From contig OZ076409.1 in NCBI GenBank assembly GCA_964187785.1, positions 22,198,001-22,262,000 on the forward strand: 64,000 bases of DNA, written 5' to 3'. The notes beneath the pieces were generated by a model. It was not told where the DNA came from. It made no database searches and saw only the letters and a list, made by a program, of their open reading frames with translations. A program made the position numbers and the translations under genes. This stretch comes from Amphiscolops sp. MND2022 (taxonomy: Eukaryota). Below are positions 26,894 to 39,369 of the stretch, piece by piece (the stretch's first letter is position 1; the number at the start of each line of letters is the position of its first letter).

Positions 26894-28193
26894 TGAAAAA
26901 AGTTTTAAAAACTATGGAAGCACCCGAGATTGCTCTCTAGTAAGGTAGGAATGCATAGAGAAATTCTGTAAAAAGTGGACTTTTCAGTGTGAGGTGTGTG
27001 GTCTGGAGAAAAAAAGCCACTGTAAAGTTCGGGCCTTTTTGTTCCACAAAAAACGCCAATTCAAAATAGGGGTGTCGTCCCAAATTTTGTTTCAGAAGCG
27101 GCACCTTTTCAGGAAAGGTTTTTGCGATAATTACCGCAGCAGACTGGATTAAGAGCAGCTTACAAAATGAAAAATTCACTTTTCACAAGAGTATGCTAAC
27201 TGTTTTATTGCTGAACTCATTGCGGATTATCATACCAACAAAACAACATCTCATAAATGTTCAAAGACTTTTTCAGGTGATATTAGACTTTTTTCGAATA
27301 AAATTGTAAACTTCCCCTTTCAAAAGTCCGCTGAATAGCCAAATGTTTTGAAGTTAATTTCATTTCCATAGCATTCAAAAAATATACCAAAAGTTGCTTT
27401 AGAAGGCAGAAAGTTTAAATAATTAATTGGGTGGGCATTTTGAAGATTTTGACAACAAAATTGCATCGAAATTATCGAAGACTTGAATTTTCAGAATTTT
27501 TTTTCGGGTTCATTTCGGGCCCTTTTTGTTGACATTTTCTCAATAAAAGTTGATTCATCTTCTTAAATACAAATTTTTCGAACCCACTTTCATGGTAGTT
27601 GGATATTGTGAAAGAACATCATTTGGATATAAAATAGGAACGAAAGAAATAATCGAAAAAAACATATCCACAATTGTGAATATGTTTTTTCCAATTATTT
27701 CCTTCGTAATTTATTCAGGATTCAAAACGTATTTGGAAATATGGGCGCAAAAAAATAACTCTAAACTATAGGCCTCATAGTAAAATGAACACATCCCAAA
27801 ATTAAAACCCTACTGAACGAATTAACTAGCCAGTTGAGTTGAAGACCTTCGTTGTCGAAAAAGAATACAGTACAGACAAGATTTTGCATACTCTCGAGAG
27901 AAAATTAAAAAAGCTCATTACTAGAGTTTCTTCAGATCTTTGCATTATCGAATGCATTTTCTTTGTTGCTTTCGGAAAGCGAACCTTTTCTTTTTAATTT
28001 AAACTATCTTTTTACCTTAGAAAAAGCTTAATTTTCTGAAAGCTAATTACCTGTTTTTCAGACGTCGCTATATGAATGATAGGCCGACAACAAAGGTGGT
28101 TTTTGGAAACTCTCCGATCCGACACATTTATTGAAGAAATGAGTAGGATTTTTTTAGGAGTCGAAAGTGTCGAAAGCTCTGTCAGTGTGTTTT

Positions 28194-28635
28194 TCACACA
28201 ATAGAATCTCCAACCGTATGGTTCCATGCAATAATTTCATGCCGTTTCCATGCATGAAATCGCATAAAATTGTATTTATCGTATGATTCCATGTATGAAA
28301 CGCCATCGAAGTTTTGTGAATTCAAATCCTGATACTGAAAAACCCAAAGGTCCGATGCACGTGTCCAAAAACGCCGGTGTATTGCTATATTTATCACGTT
28401 TTACACATTATCGGTTCCTTGGTTAAATGCAGGGACTTTCAAGCAATGAACCCACGTTCCATGCTCCATAATCGCTAAACCCAAAAATTTTGTACATGAA
28501 CTTCTTGAAATTAAATATTTTTTGTCCGATTAAGTTCAATCGACGTTTAATAAAGATCAGTAATAGTCGTCGTCCCCCATTCTTCCAGGGCCTTGTTTGC
28601 ATTTTTAACACTAAATAAATACTTGTAAGGAGCAT
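28194..28635 (-). pseudogene. Possible decayed host coding segment, weak DUF273/sugar-transferase-like resemblance
   Basis: FWTRASDLWVF...NFMRFHAWK recalls the W.RD.W...DFM.HGWK pattern, from memory only; frames are interrupted. Confidence 0.2.
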
Positions 28636-29540
28636 ACATTATTTCAACTTCCGATTAGTTTTGCCAGCAGCCCATCTTTTTTAGCATAGTTTTTATTTGA
28701 CAATTTATTGGTACCATGTTTGGTCCGAGCAGCACAAGCATAAGCAAAAGTGAAGTTTTCTCCAATGCCGAGAAAATAGCTTTGCCTTGCGAAAAAAGGT
28801 TGAATTTTTTAAAAATTCTTTTTGGCAAAATCCAATTTTCTCAAAAGTGTTTGACTCATAAAGAAAGACAACCCCAAATCCTTTAAGAAGAAGATCGGGC
28901 CGCACAAAGTTCAAGCTCGGTATTGGACTTTTAATCGCTCTATAATTCATTTCTCTGGTATGGGTAGTTGGGGAGATAGTAACGATTGAAAAAAGATTCC
29001 AAAATTTTCTACAAGTTTTAAAAACGCCCATGCTATTTAGGGGTTAAAAAACAAAACTCTACCACGGTTCAAAAAAATTCTTTATAGCTTCGCAAGTATT
29101 TCAAAAACATTTGAAAACTAGATTGAACCAAACGCTTACCCTCTGGATTCTTCGACGCTGTCCCATTTTCTTCAAAGTTTTCTCACGTAACAAAAGACTG
29201 CTTTTTTATGGTAAATAAAGTTTTTCTTCTGGAAAAACACGCTACGTTACATTACATACAAGTGACGTGACGTCACGCTAATTTCAGGCAATGTCGACTC
29301 AGTGGGTAGCGACTGTGGGGCTATAGAGACCATGGGACACATGAGGGCAACGGGGGCAGTGACCTCCTCCACTCGCAAACACTACCCGGGGGGTCGCCCG
29401 AGGTCAAACACCAGCGCCAACTCTTCCTCCTTTGGGGGAGGTACCCCCCGAACTCGCAACCTACATATGTTCGACTTCGCCTTCAAGAGACAGAACTTAG
29501 ACAGGTAAACCTATGTACAGTTACATTCTTATCGGCACTA

Positions 29541-29900
29541 TTTTTAGTCGCCGCTTCATGAAATTATAGTCTTTATGACTTTAAAGTGACTTTTTGTCGT
29601 TTTTTTCCAATCCAGCCGAAGTGACAAAAAATTCCCAGAAAATCGAAAATTCTACCAAGTATGAAATCGATTGAAAGGGTCTATCCATTCAAAATTTGAC
29701 ATAAATATTTGGATCGAAAAGAAACTTGAGTGTAATTTTCAGAACTGTTGTGAATGAAAATTTCAGTTTCCCAAAGAGCCTTTGGCCTTTTGATATTCTT
29801 GGATAGGAAAAGCGTTTTTGAGCTTAAAGGTCCTTTAAGTTTTTCGGAACTGCAACTTTTCCGCAAAAACTTTTATTTCACAAAAGTGTTCTTGCTTTGG
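29541..29900 (+). mobile_element. 5' fragment of the DINE-1/Helentron-like repeat
   Basis: TTTTTAGTCGCCGCTTCATGAA...GTGACTTT matches the family 5' end; no 3' end found. Confidence 0.4.
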
Positions 29901-30020
29901 AGCATCAACTTAAATCTGGTGGTAAAAATTTCAGACCTTCGAAAAGAAAACCTTTGCAAAATGAGGGGCTGGGCTTATCAATGCTTGAATAGGGTGGGCG
30001 AACTTACTTTGGCTCATCTC

Positions 30021-33000
30021 TAGGGTTGCCCATCAATTTCACTGTGACATGGAAGATTGGGCCTTAGAGTTCAGCCCCTTTCCTAGCTCGTCCAATAGGA
30101 TTCTCACATTTTTATCATATCGCCAAGCTCTCATTACATGTAGTGAAAAATCTGTCTGCTAAAATTTCAGGTGCTAGAGTCAACAGCTAGATTCTCGAGT
30201 GTGTACTTGTGGACTTGAAATTGAAAGTTTACCTTTGTGGAAGATTCGAATAGAAATTTCCATAGTCACAAAATCTCCCACAAAATTAAAGTTTACACAA
30301 GACTTCCTGTCACCTACCAGGATTTCTTCTTCCCAATTCTGCCCCGCTTTTTAATTGACAGAAATCGTGGGTTGCATATAAAATCGAAACTTTGATCTTG
30401 AAATAGTGCTAGAACGAAGACGACTAATAGTTTGATGGAAAAATTTCAATCAAGTTGCCACTATTTTACCACCAGAATTTCGAGAAAAGGTTCGAAAAAG
30501 TGCTTATCTTTCTTCCCGAATTGAAATGACACTTTCTCAAAAATTCAAGTTCTAAATAGATTTGGAACGCAAGTGCACTGAAGAACTTTGAGTCGAGGCC
30601 GAATTTTTGGACGATTGTCTAAAATTTCAAGACAAATATTATGACCTATCATTATAAGCGGCACGATTAACAACTTACTGGCGCCTTGGCTTTAATAGAT
30701 AGGACTTTTAACAAAAATGACTTTGTTTTTGCAACCTAGGACCATCCCCTTGTTAAAATTGCTTGAAAGTTTTGCAGTCACTTTAATGTTGGCAGGAACT
30801 TTATTTATGATTTTCTATAAGTCTTACGGAATCTTCCATGCGAAAATTTGTTCCTGTTATATTCGACTTCTATCAAGCTCCTTGAAAGGAGCATACAGTT
30901 CATTCAAATAGTTTTAATTTTAAAAGCAAATGAGATGCTATCAGTTTTGCCGCAATTTTCATGCAAAACAAGTTCAGTCACGTAATGATCTGCAAGTAGC
31001 CTCATGTTCAGCATCCTATTTCCGAAGCGGTGATCACATCCGATTAGGGCCAGCAAAAAATCACGCGCGAGCATACTCAAAAGCCACCCAATTATTCACG
31101 CTATTCTGCATTGAAAATAACGTTGTTTGATAATTTCTGGGTCCAAACTTTGGCGGTCTGAAGTGACAGTATTTGAAAACTTCCAAACCATCATATTCCG
31201 CCAATTTCTAGCTCGTTTTTATTCTATATTATTCGATTTTCTAGGTACGAATATTCTAGAAAAGGTGCTTCAAACCCATCATATTCCACAGATTTCTAAG
31301 TCCGCTGTAAAATCACGCCATGTCAGGGAGCATTCTAATTGGCTAGAAAGTCACGCTAATTCACGCGCGTGATTTTATGCTGGCCCTACATCCGATGAGA
31401 GGTTAGTTGAGATAACAATGTGTGTAAGCAAAGTGATCCTGTGGGTTATGGAATGCAATTTGTTGGGGCCTATTCATACAGCAGAAAATGAAAAATTGGC
31501 CTCATGCAGCAGAATTCAAATTACTAGCTTTTAGTGCCAACCATGAATAGAACTTGATTTGAAGAGGTTAGCATATTTGTTGTATGGCTCTATAGCTCCG
31601 CTCCCTTCGCCAAGTAGCAACATTGAGGCACGGCCATTTGGCATGTCACTCCGCTCCGCTTCGTTCCTGCATTTAGGGTTTTAGTGGTATGTGAGCATAG
31701 CTGACTACGTTACAATAATAATTCCGACAGAATCCGACACGCTTTTTCAGCTTAGTGATTTTAAGCCAAAAGATTTTAAGCCAAGTGACCTTTGTCCAAG
31801 ACATCGCCGTCAGAACCTCTTTGAAGTTTTATAAAATCAAGTTTTATAAAATCTCTACATGCATGCCTGCAGCATACAAAAATTTCCAGCGGTCTCATCT
31901 ACGGTTCTGAAATTTTGCAATTTTGGTTAAAAATGGCCATCAGCGAACGGTCGATCTGGGCGAAGAAAGTTTCGAAGTTTTGAAAATGAACGCTCTATAA
32001 CTGCGTCACTTGTCGGTATTCTTTGTATCAGCACATAATGCGGGATTGACAACCAACCCGAGTCATTGATAAGTCCGTTAAGAACGTGCATAGTTGCTAT
32101 TAAAGGCAATTATGCGAGAGCTTAACATTTCTACGAAATTTCTATGTGCTTCAATATTGAATTCTTTGATACAAAGAACTGGCGTGTTGCAAAAAATGCA
32201 CCCAGAGTTGTCACTGACTGTCCAAACTCTTAGGGGTTGTTTCAGCATACCATGTCGCTTTCACTCGTAAGGGCTTTGCTTCCTTAGACATTGTGCACAG
32301 GAAGCGCGTAAGAGAAACACTTTCATAAAGAGAAAGTATCTTCACAAATATTTTCTCACACGTTTCTGTCAGCTACGGCACAGTATGTGATCAGCAATTT
32401 TTGTAACGGCAAGCTGTTACCGGTCGCTTAACACGTTAACAGAGGTGGAGGAACCTGCAGGAATGGGTGAATCGCTCGGGACAGGCGCCCATCGCCACAG
32501 ATCCATTTTGCATCCAGGGGTGAAATACGTCCCGGGGCCGCGGGTGCTTCGACGAATACTGTCCAACCGGTCCTAGTCTTTGATTGCTAATAGTAACGGG
32601 CATCTTTCTGACTCTCTAAAGACCACCGCTTAACTAGCATATATAAACAATGCCAAGAATAAGGTAAATTTCCAGTTCCAGGGTGACATGTGAATAAGAT
32701 CTAAAATTGGGGAATAAGATCTAAACTAGCGCTACTGAATACAGCCAAAATCACTGAAAACACATGAAAACAGGCACGAATATGGCAAACCACACAGCTA
32801 AAAAGCTGGGGCGCAGGGGCTCCAAGCACCAAACAAGGACAATTAAGCAAAAAGACTCATTTTACCGGTTTCTGCTACATAGGGTAGCATAATGCTGAAA
32901 ATCGATAAAACCGGTGTTAGCACCTCAAAAGGAGTCTATTTTCAGTCGTTCTTGCCGTCTCTGGCTTCTGTCATGGCGGCGCGCCCGTGTTTTTGCTCGT

Positions 33001-33611
33001 TCTTGCTCTTTGTTGTCGAAGTACCTGCCAATTTCGTGGAAACAGCGAAAAGAGCAATCACATGCTCAGTGCCACGTCACACATCGGATTAGAATTTTTG
33101 ACAAAATTTCTGAACATGTCAAAGTTGCAAAATCGGTTGATATTGCTGTACCAGAGCTTGCCGTTACATTTCCTGCGTTCGTTTATCTACCTATATGTTG
33201 CGGCGGCATCACAATGAAAATTGAATTCACGATGTGCCGACTAGGAACAATAATTTTCTGCCCTATCAGGCTCTTTTCGGCGCCAATTTTTGAATGTTTG
33301 CCTCTCGTTTTCGGCAAAACAACTGCTACTTTCGGCAAAATTGTATTTAACCGAATTGTATTTTATAAATATTTTAAGCAATAGTTTCGCTTGGCATATT
33401 GGGGCAATCAGCCAGAAAGGAACGAAAAACGGAAAAAATCTTTCTACGTCAATACTTTGACAAGGCGCAAAAGAATACAGTCCAGTGAAAAAAATTGTTG
33501 AGCCGAAAACGCCGGAAGTTACTTTTCCTAGTGCGACCAATCAAATGATTTAACGGTGCGCGCAGGCGTCAAAATTGACTTTATTGAGTTCATTGGCCTT
33601 TGGTCACCCTA
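30021..33611 (-). mobile_element. Probable old hAT (Blackjack/Tip100-like) transposon with transposase relic
   Basis: TAGGGTTGCC at 30021 and GGTCACCCTA at 33602-33611; flanks CTCATCTC/GGCATTTC match 5 of 8; minus-strand IPTSDAVIERSFSKLRNFL (31927-32109) matches the hAT C-terminal dimerisation motif TS..ER.FS. Confidence 0.55.
31045..31388. mobile_element. hAT-type MITE with perfect 8-bp TSD CATCCGAT
   Basis: CATCCGAT|TAGGGCCAGCAAAAAATCACGCGCG ... CGCGCGTGATTTTATGCTGGCCCTA|CATCCGAT. Confidence 0.9.
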
Positions 33612-35531
33612 GGCATTTCTTAGAAAGATCCATTTTTTGACGTCAAAGAAACTTCGCCGTCATTTTTGTTTTTTTTTTTTGGATGAATTGAATTGTACAT
33701 TTAGCAAAAAATCAGAGGCTGTGTGGTTTATTGTTAATTACTATTGCATACTACTTACATTGTAAAAACTGGAATTGAAACTGCATTAATCTGCACCGGA
33801 CAGTCACAACTTGAGCAAGAGTACCTCAACCAAAAAACCATCGTCTCGCAAACAAGCGACCTTCTATACAAACGGGTTATACAAAACAGACTGAAAACTA
33901 GCGTAACGTAGCCGACCAACGCAGGCACTTGATGAACGTTTTGCGTATTTTGAACCAAAGTGCCTGTCTAACTCCACGACAAAACTCACAACATAATCGA
34001 CAAGAGGCAATATGTGGCTTCTCATGCTATTTCAGAAATGAGCTCAAAAGGAAGCGCTTTCGTCAGTAAAAAATGGAGACTGCGATAACAAAAAAGTTAT
34101 TACGGAGCGCTTTTGAATTATCAAAGTTCCTCTAATATACCTATTTATCCAGGGGGCAGAGACGTATGGGTATGAACTAAAACCATTATTGTCCCAATAT
34201 CCAACAAAATTATCCCAATTGTCAGTATTCCATGTCAAGTTTTTTTCGGAATCCAGAAATGACTTCAATGGAATTAATGTTTACGTTCGAAAAACAGAAC
34301 TTGACTTTTTTGACCATATTTTTGATCAAATAACCTGTTTTTGTAAGACTCAAAAGATACAACTATTGTTTTTTATAGGTGAACTTTTGTATGCCAGAAG
34401 AATGGAGAATTTCAACTGTTTCAGGTCAATTAACTGTTAGAAATTTCACTTTAACTATCAAAGAAAATTTTTGCAGCTGATGTAAAAACAAAAGAACCGA
34501 AGGCTACTTTCCTCACAAATCTTTAGCAATTTCGCAAGTATTAATAGTTGATAGTTTTCTTGCAAGTTCAACTTCAATTATCATGCTAATCGCATTGCCC
34601 CGCAGGCGAAACCGCACCGATAATAAAGGCGGTACTCTTTGCGAAATCATGTCGTTAACGACCGCAAAGCTGGTTGCGTCAAATTGAACTTTGTCTGCCC
34701 ACAACTCTCCCATGCTTTTTTCAACTTTTAGTTTCACAAATAATTCGATTAAAGCGCATTCGATTACAGTACAGTTCGATTATAGCGCATTTCAATCCGA
34801 GCAGGCGTTGCATCATAAAGTGGTACTAATATAATTCACTTCAAAAAGATACAGAGGTGTGGCTCTAATAATATGCGAACACCTACCCTGGGGAGGAAAG
34901 ATTGGTGAGAAACAGATCCTTCATTTAGAGAAGTCTAATATTTTTAATAAAAGTCAAACAGAGCCAAATTTATCCAAAACGGGTGGAGCTTTAGGCATGA
35001 AAAAACGCATTTTCCTACTTGAAATTATCAATAAAAGAGATCACCTGATGAGAAATAAATTTTTTCGATACAAGTCGCAATGGACCAAACAAAAACGAAA
35101 AGAGGGGGACGGACAGCACCTTTTGACCCCGCTTGTTTATTTTGAAATTCCTAAAAACTGAACGATACAAAAGGATTCCCTTGGCGAGCGCCCTTAGTTG
35201 CTTTTTAAACCTTGATCTTGCTCGAAGATTGGGCCTTATCATAACTTGAAACACCAAATAAAACCCCAGTTAGTGATCAAACGTTTAAAACTTCTTCGAA
35301 AAGTTGCAGAGTGCCGAGAAACCAAACTGGGACTCTCGGTTCTCCATTTTTACCTTTTGAAGTTTGAAACATTTTGCTCAAACCCATGTACTTGTGTTTT
35401 CCAGGCCCCGTCACAGGAACCCGCGTATTCAGAAAAACCCGCTTTAACTTTTCAGCCAAGTTGAAAGTACTTTCTAGTATTCCAACAAGCATCTAGTAGT
35501 TATGGACAGTCATAGTAGCTATATAGTAACT

Positions 35532-37700
35532 GATTACAGGTCTTAATACCAGAGGTCAAAAGACAAGAGGTCATGAGACCGCAGAGTCAAATTACCAGAC
35601 GGTCGAAGTACCAGACGGTCGAATTACCAGAGGGTCGAATTACCAGACGGTCGAATTACCAGACGGTCGAATTACCAGACGGTCGAATTACCAGACGGTC
35701 GAATTACCAGACAGTCGTAATACACCAGTTAGAATCGGACGATTGCGTGATGGTATTCAGAGTTGATAAGAATTTGAGGGCGATGCGTCTTGGCTTCAAT
35801 TAGTTTTGCTTGCAAACTTTCTTTCGAGGTTGCCGCTTTTGAATCAAAAGTACCAGTTGCAATAGGAATGACAATTAGACTGTTGTTCGAAAACGTCCGT
35901 TTACACACTAATCAACAGTAAATAAGTATTAACAATGACCTAAAACCGAACTTGAAAATTTGAGGCTGAACAGTCAATCAACCTTCCAGAAGATTGACTA
36001 ACTTGGAATCAATGTTTTTTATTCAGATAATTTTCTACGAACAATGAAGCCCATTGTATCCGGCTTCCCCTTACTTCCTGGTTCTGGGCAAAGGGAGAGC
36101 TGGGGAGAGAAACCAAAAACGTTCGAAAACGTCCTGAATCTTTTGACACATTTCGGGCGCTCGAATCGCATAGTCTGGCGAGAAAAACGGAATTGGAGAT
36201 TGATGTTATTAGTTAGGATTACATTAAAACTATACACACAAACAGAAAACATTGTAAATAAATTAAAGCATTTTAGAATCAAAAGCAATTAGCGCAATGT
36301 AGCTATTGCACGTAGAAATGGTAGTGTTTGTTGAACATTTTCATAATGTTTTGAGTTTTTTCATGGGTACTTCTTGCGCGAGTATCCTGTATCACCTTGA
36401 CCCCCACGATAATAGCTGTGCATATTCATTTTGGCATCTTTATATAAGTTTTGCAGTAACGTCAAATGACTAGGCGAACACCCGCTGAAAAAAGTTTTTT
36501 TTTCCGTAGTGTCATCCTTCAACTGCGTTGTTGTCCGAGATAGTCCGTCATCAGCGTCTTTGTGCTGATACTAAATAATAATTGGGAACATTTAGGTGCG
36601 TGCTGGAAAATTGCAGTTTTCGATATATGTTGTTTTGAAGTAAGTGCAAAGTTCATCGGCTTTCTCACATACTTCTTCATATATGGCATTTGAAATTTCG
36701 AAAAACTCTTCAACCACAAGTTCGAAAGTGCGTTTCGCGTGGGCTTCGGGAACAAAGCCAAGTCCTGTAGTAATTTTAAAGCAAGGGGACGTCGGAATTC
36801 TTCTCATAGGTGTTTTTCAGACCAAGTTCATTAAGTTTCCTCAAAACACATTGGCACAAGAGGAACTGACATCCTGAAATTTTTGTGGCGGCGAAACTTA
36901 TTTGTCGCATTTATTTTTGTCGCAACCCCGGAGTCTGATTGAAGATGACTTCTGAATGCTTCGGTATTGGGCTGGGTTACAATCTTCTCTTTTTGTCTGG
37001 CTCTGTTTGCAGTTCAGACCAGACAATTTTAAGCTGGTAGCGCCAACGTAGTTCCATGATCGTTCTCGTCAATACCTGTAATTGCACCAGCGATGGCCAT
37101 TGGAGCTGTCCGTACCTGAGCATTGGCCTAAGTTGACTGTGAAGCTTTTACCTTCCACCTTTTCTATAGCCAAATCGTTGTTGTGTTCGTAACGAACACA
37201 GTCAGTTGATCGTCAACTGTTGTTGCAGTGGCGTTGCACTTGAATGTTTTGAATAGGCACATCACCGAGTGGTGGAATGCCTTCCCGTCTCTTAATTTGC
37301 ACTAAAATTCTGGTTTTTTTGTTGCTTGTTATAAATTCCATTTCAGTTGAATTAGTTCGAATTGATTTTAGCACTAAAATAATTTCAGTGCTTTCCGAAT
37401 CGATTGTTTTGCACTAATTAGTTGATGACATGTGAAGAAAGGTACCGTTTACTAGTTTGTGTTTATTGAGTCATAGACAATAGTTGCATTAATTAAATAA
37501 TTAGAATTGAATGATCTAGCTCTAAATGAGTCTTTTATTTTCGGCATTAGAAAGAAATAATAATCATACTTTACGTGGTACGTTACTTTCCTTCCTAATC
37601 CTCTGGTATTTTGACCGTCTGGTAATTTGTCTCTGTGGTTTTATGACCTATGGTCTTTCGACCTCTTGTATTTCGACTTGCGGTATTTTCACCTGACACC
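35532..37700 (-). mobile_element. Mutator-like element (MULE) with repeat-built TIRs and a decayed transposase
   Basis: Imperfect TIRs of about 100 bp made of ATTACCAGACGGTC-like units; 9-bp TSD ATAGTAACT/ATAGTAGCT; minus-strand LGFVPEAH..FELV...YFKTTYI is typical of a MULE transposase C-terminal region. Confidence 0.75.
35590..35717 (+). repeat. 16-bp tandem repeat GAATTACCAGACGGTC in the left MULE TIR
   Basis: About 8 copies visible. Confidence 0.9.
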
Positions 37701-37863
37701 ATAGTAGCTAAAGTAGAAGCTGCTCAAAACGAAGTGTTCTCGCAGAAAGCATAATTTTACAAGTGTTTTCATTTACAAGAAAGGTATGATTACGCTTTTA
37801 AAATGAGCCAGTAGTTGCCGAAGTGGGTTGTTATGCCGGTGATTTTAACGCGGTTCTCACAAA

Positions 37864-38069
37864 ATGAGTTCTTTTGTTCGCAGGATTTCGCGGTTGAAGA
37901 GGCGAACTATCTGGACATATTACGTGCGTGTGCACAAATCAATCTACATTACAGGGCTTTTTCTTACCATCACCGGCATTGCCGTCACAATCCTGGGCGC
38001 GTTTGCAGTCAGACTGGTAGTCAGGACAGAAAACGGCAAACCCCTCCATCAACCATTCATTCGCTACAG
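37864..38069 (+). CDS. Exon 1 of a small two-transmembrane protein
   Basis: AAAATG start; basic N-terminus then TM SIYITGLFLTITGIAVTILGAFAV; 3' boundary uncertain (GC donor at 38070 or GT at 38017/38020). Confidence 0.6.
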
Positions 38070-38523
38070 GCATCATCAAAATAACCCCTCTCTCCCAAAA
38101 TCATAACAAAAAATAACTCTATTTTGCATTATAATATAAATACAGGATCAGATTATGTACAGGATCAATGCATATACAGGATATATACAGGATGTATATT
38201 CAGGATATGTATACAGAATAAATATACAGGATGTATACACAGGTTCAGAAGATTGTTTACTATTTCCAGTGGGCTGCATCATTAAGTTTGGTGAAATAAA
38301 GTAACGAGTTTTCGGTTCATGTTTCTTATCACAACCATCCCCCGGCCCCGGTAAGAAAGAAGGTGCAAATACCATTATGCTGATAAATACATTATCGTTC
38401 ACAATGATTCACAGTTTAAAGTTGCTAATTTTATTTTACGGAGAAAAGGGGAGCCGGAAAACGTCCACGGAATAACGTCTAAAGCCAAGTCACACTCAGT
38501 CATGCTCATTTCTAATCCTAATA

Positions 38524-38707
38524 CAGTCGAACTCGGATAAAAGAAACACGGATAAAAGAAACATTCGGATATAAGAAACGTTTTCACTGCTCTGTTTTTA
38601 TGCAAAACAAACTTTCTACGTTAATAGGACAACTGATAAAAGAAACTATGGATAAAAGAAACTCTTTTCCTACCGCCCTATGAGTTTCTTTTATCCGAGT
38701 TTGACTG
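38524..38707. mobile_element. Tc1/mariner-pogo-type MITE with TA TSD, intronic
   Basis: TA|CAGTCGAACTCGGATAAAAGAAAC ... GTTTCTTTTATCCGAGTTTGACTG|TA. Confidence 0.9.
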
Positions 38708-39041
38708 TATATTGAATTTTAGACGTTGTTCCTTTAGACGTTATTCCCGAAACACTTTTAGACGCTATTCCTTAGACCTTATTAGCGCCTCTACGGAAAA
38801 CATTTACGTTCAAACAGGGACCTTTTTATTCAATTTTGGCTTGTTTCTGGCGTGAATTTTTACTATTCTGCTCAGAAAATTCAGGAATTTTTCAATTGGA
38901 AGAATGAAATCGAAGTGATTCAAATCTACTTGCGGAAACATGTATGTAATGGCCATGTTCAAAATCTAGTTGCAACTAATGCTAGGAACATTTAAAAGTA
39001 TGAATGATTATTTGATGGTGATCCCTGTGCTTCTTTGGTAG

Positions 39042-39369
39042 ACAACTTCAGAAGTACCAGCATCAACTTTCATCCAGCAACTGGTACTTGCTCAAGTTCA
39101 TCTTCTACTTCCGGTACATAGGCCCCGTAGCGGCAGGAATCGGCATTTTCACTCTGGTCATGATCATTTTACACACTATCTGGATAACCCAGCGGGAGAT
39201 GAGACAACTGGCATTCGCTCTGGCTGAAAAAAGGGTCAATTATCCGGCCTGCTTTGAGAAAATTGTCAAAAAGTGGCAGTTTGACACTTGGCTGCAGGCC
39301 CCGCCTATTGAATCCAGAAAAGCCAGAAGTCGTCAAGAATCAAGAAACAACGTTTTGGATAAACAGTGA
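39042..39369 (+). CDS. Exon 2 of the two-TM protein (GP motif before TM2, as in TMEM200/PIRT-like proteins)
   Basis: Acceptor TTCTTTGGTAG at 39041; YIGPVAAGIGIFTLVMIILHTIWI TM segment; charged tail; TGA at 39367-39369. Confidence 0.6.

Noticed and set aside
29290..29520. GC-rich patch with a 68-aa ORF
   Set aside because: No recognisable motif, boundaries or TSD
35573..35803. ORF with ITRRSNYQTVELPDGR repeats
   Set aside because: Translation of the 16-bp TIR tandem repeat
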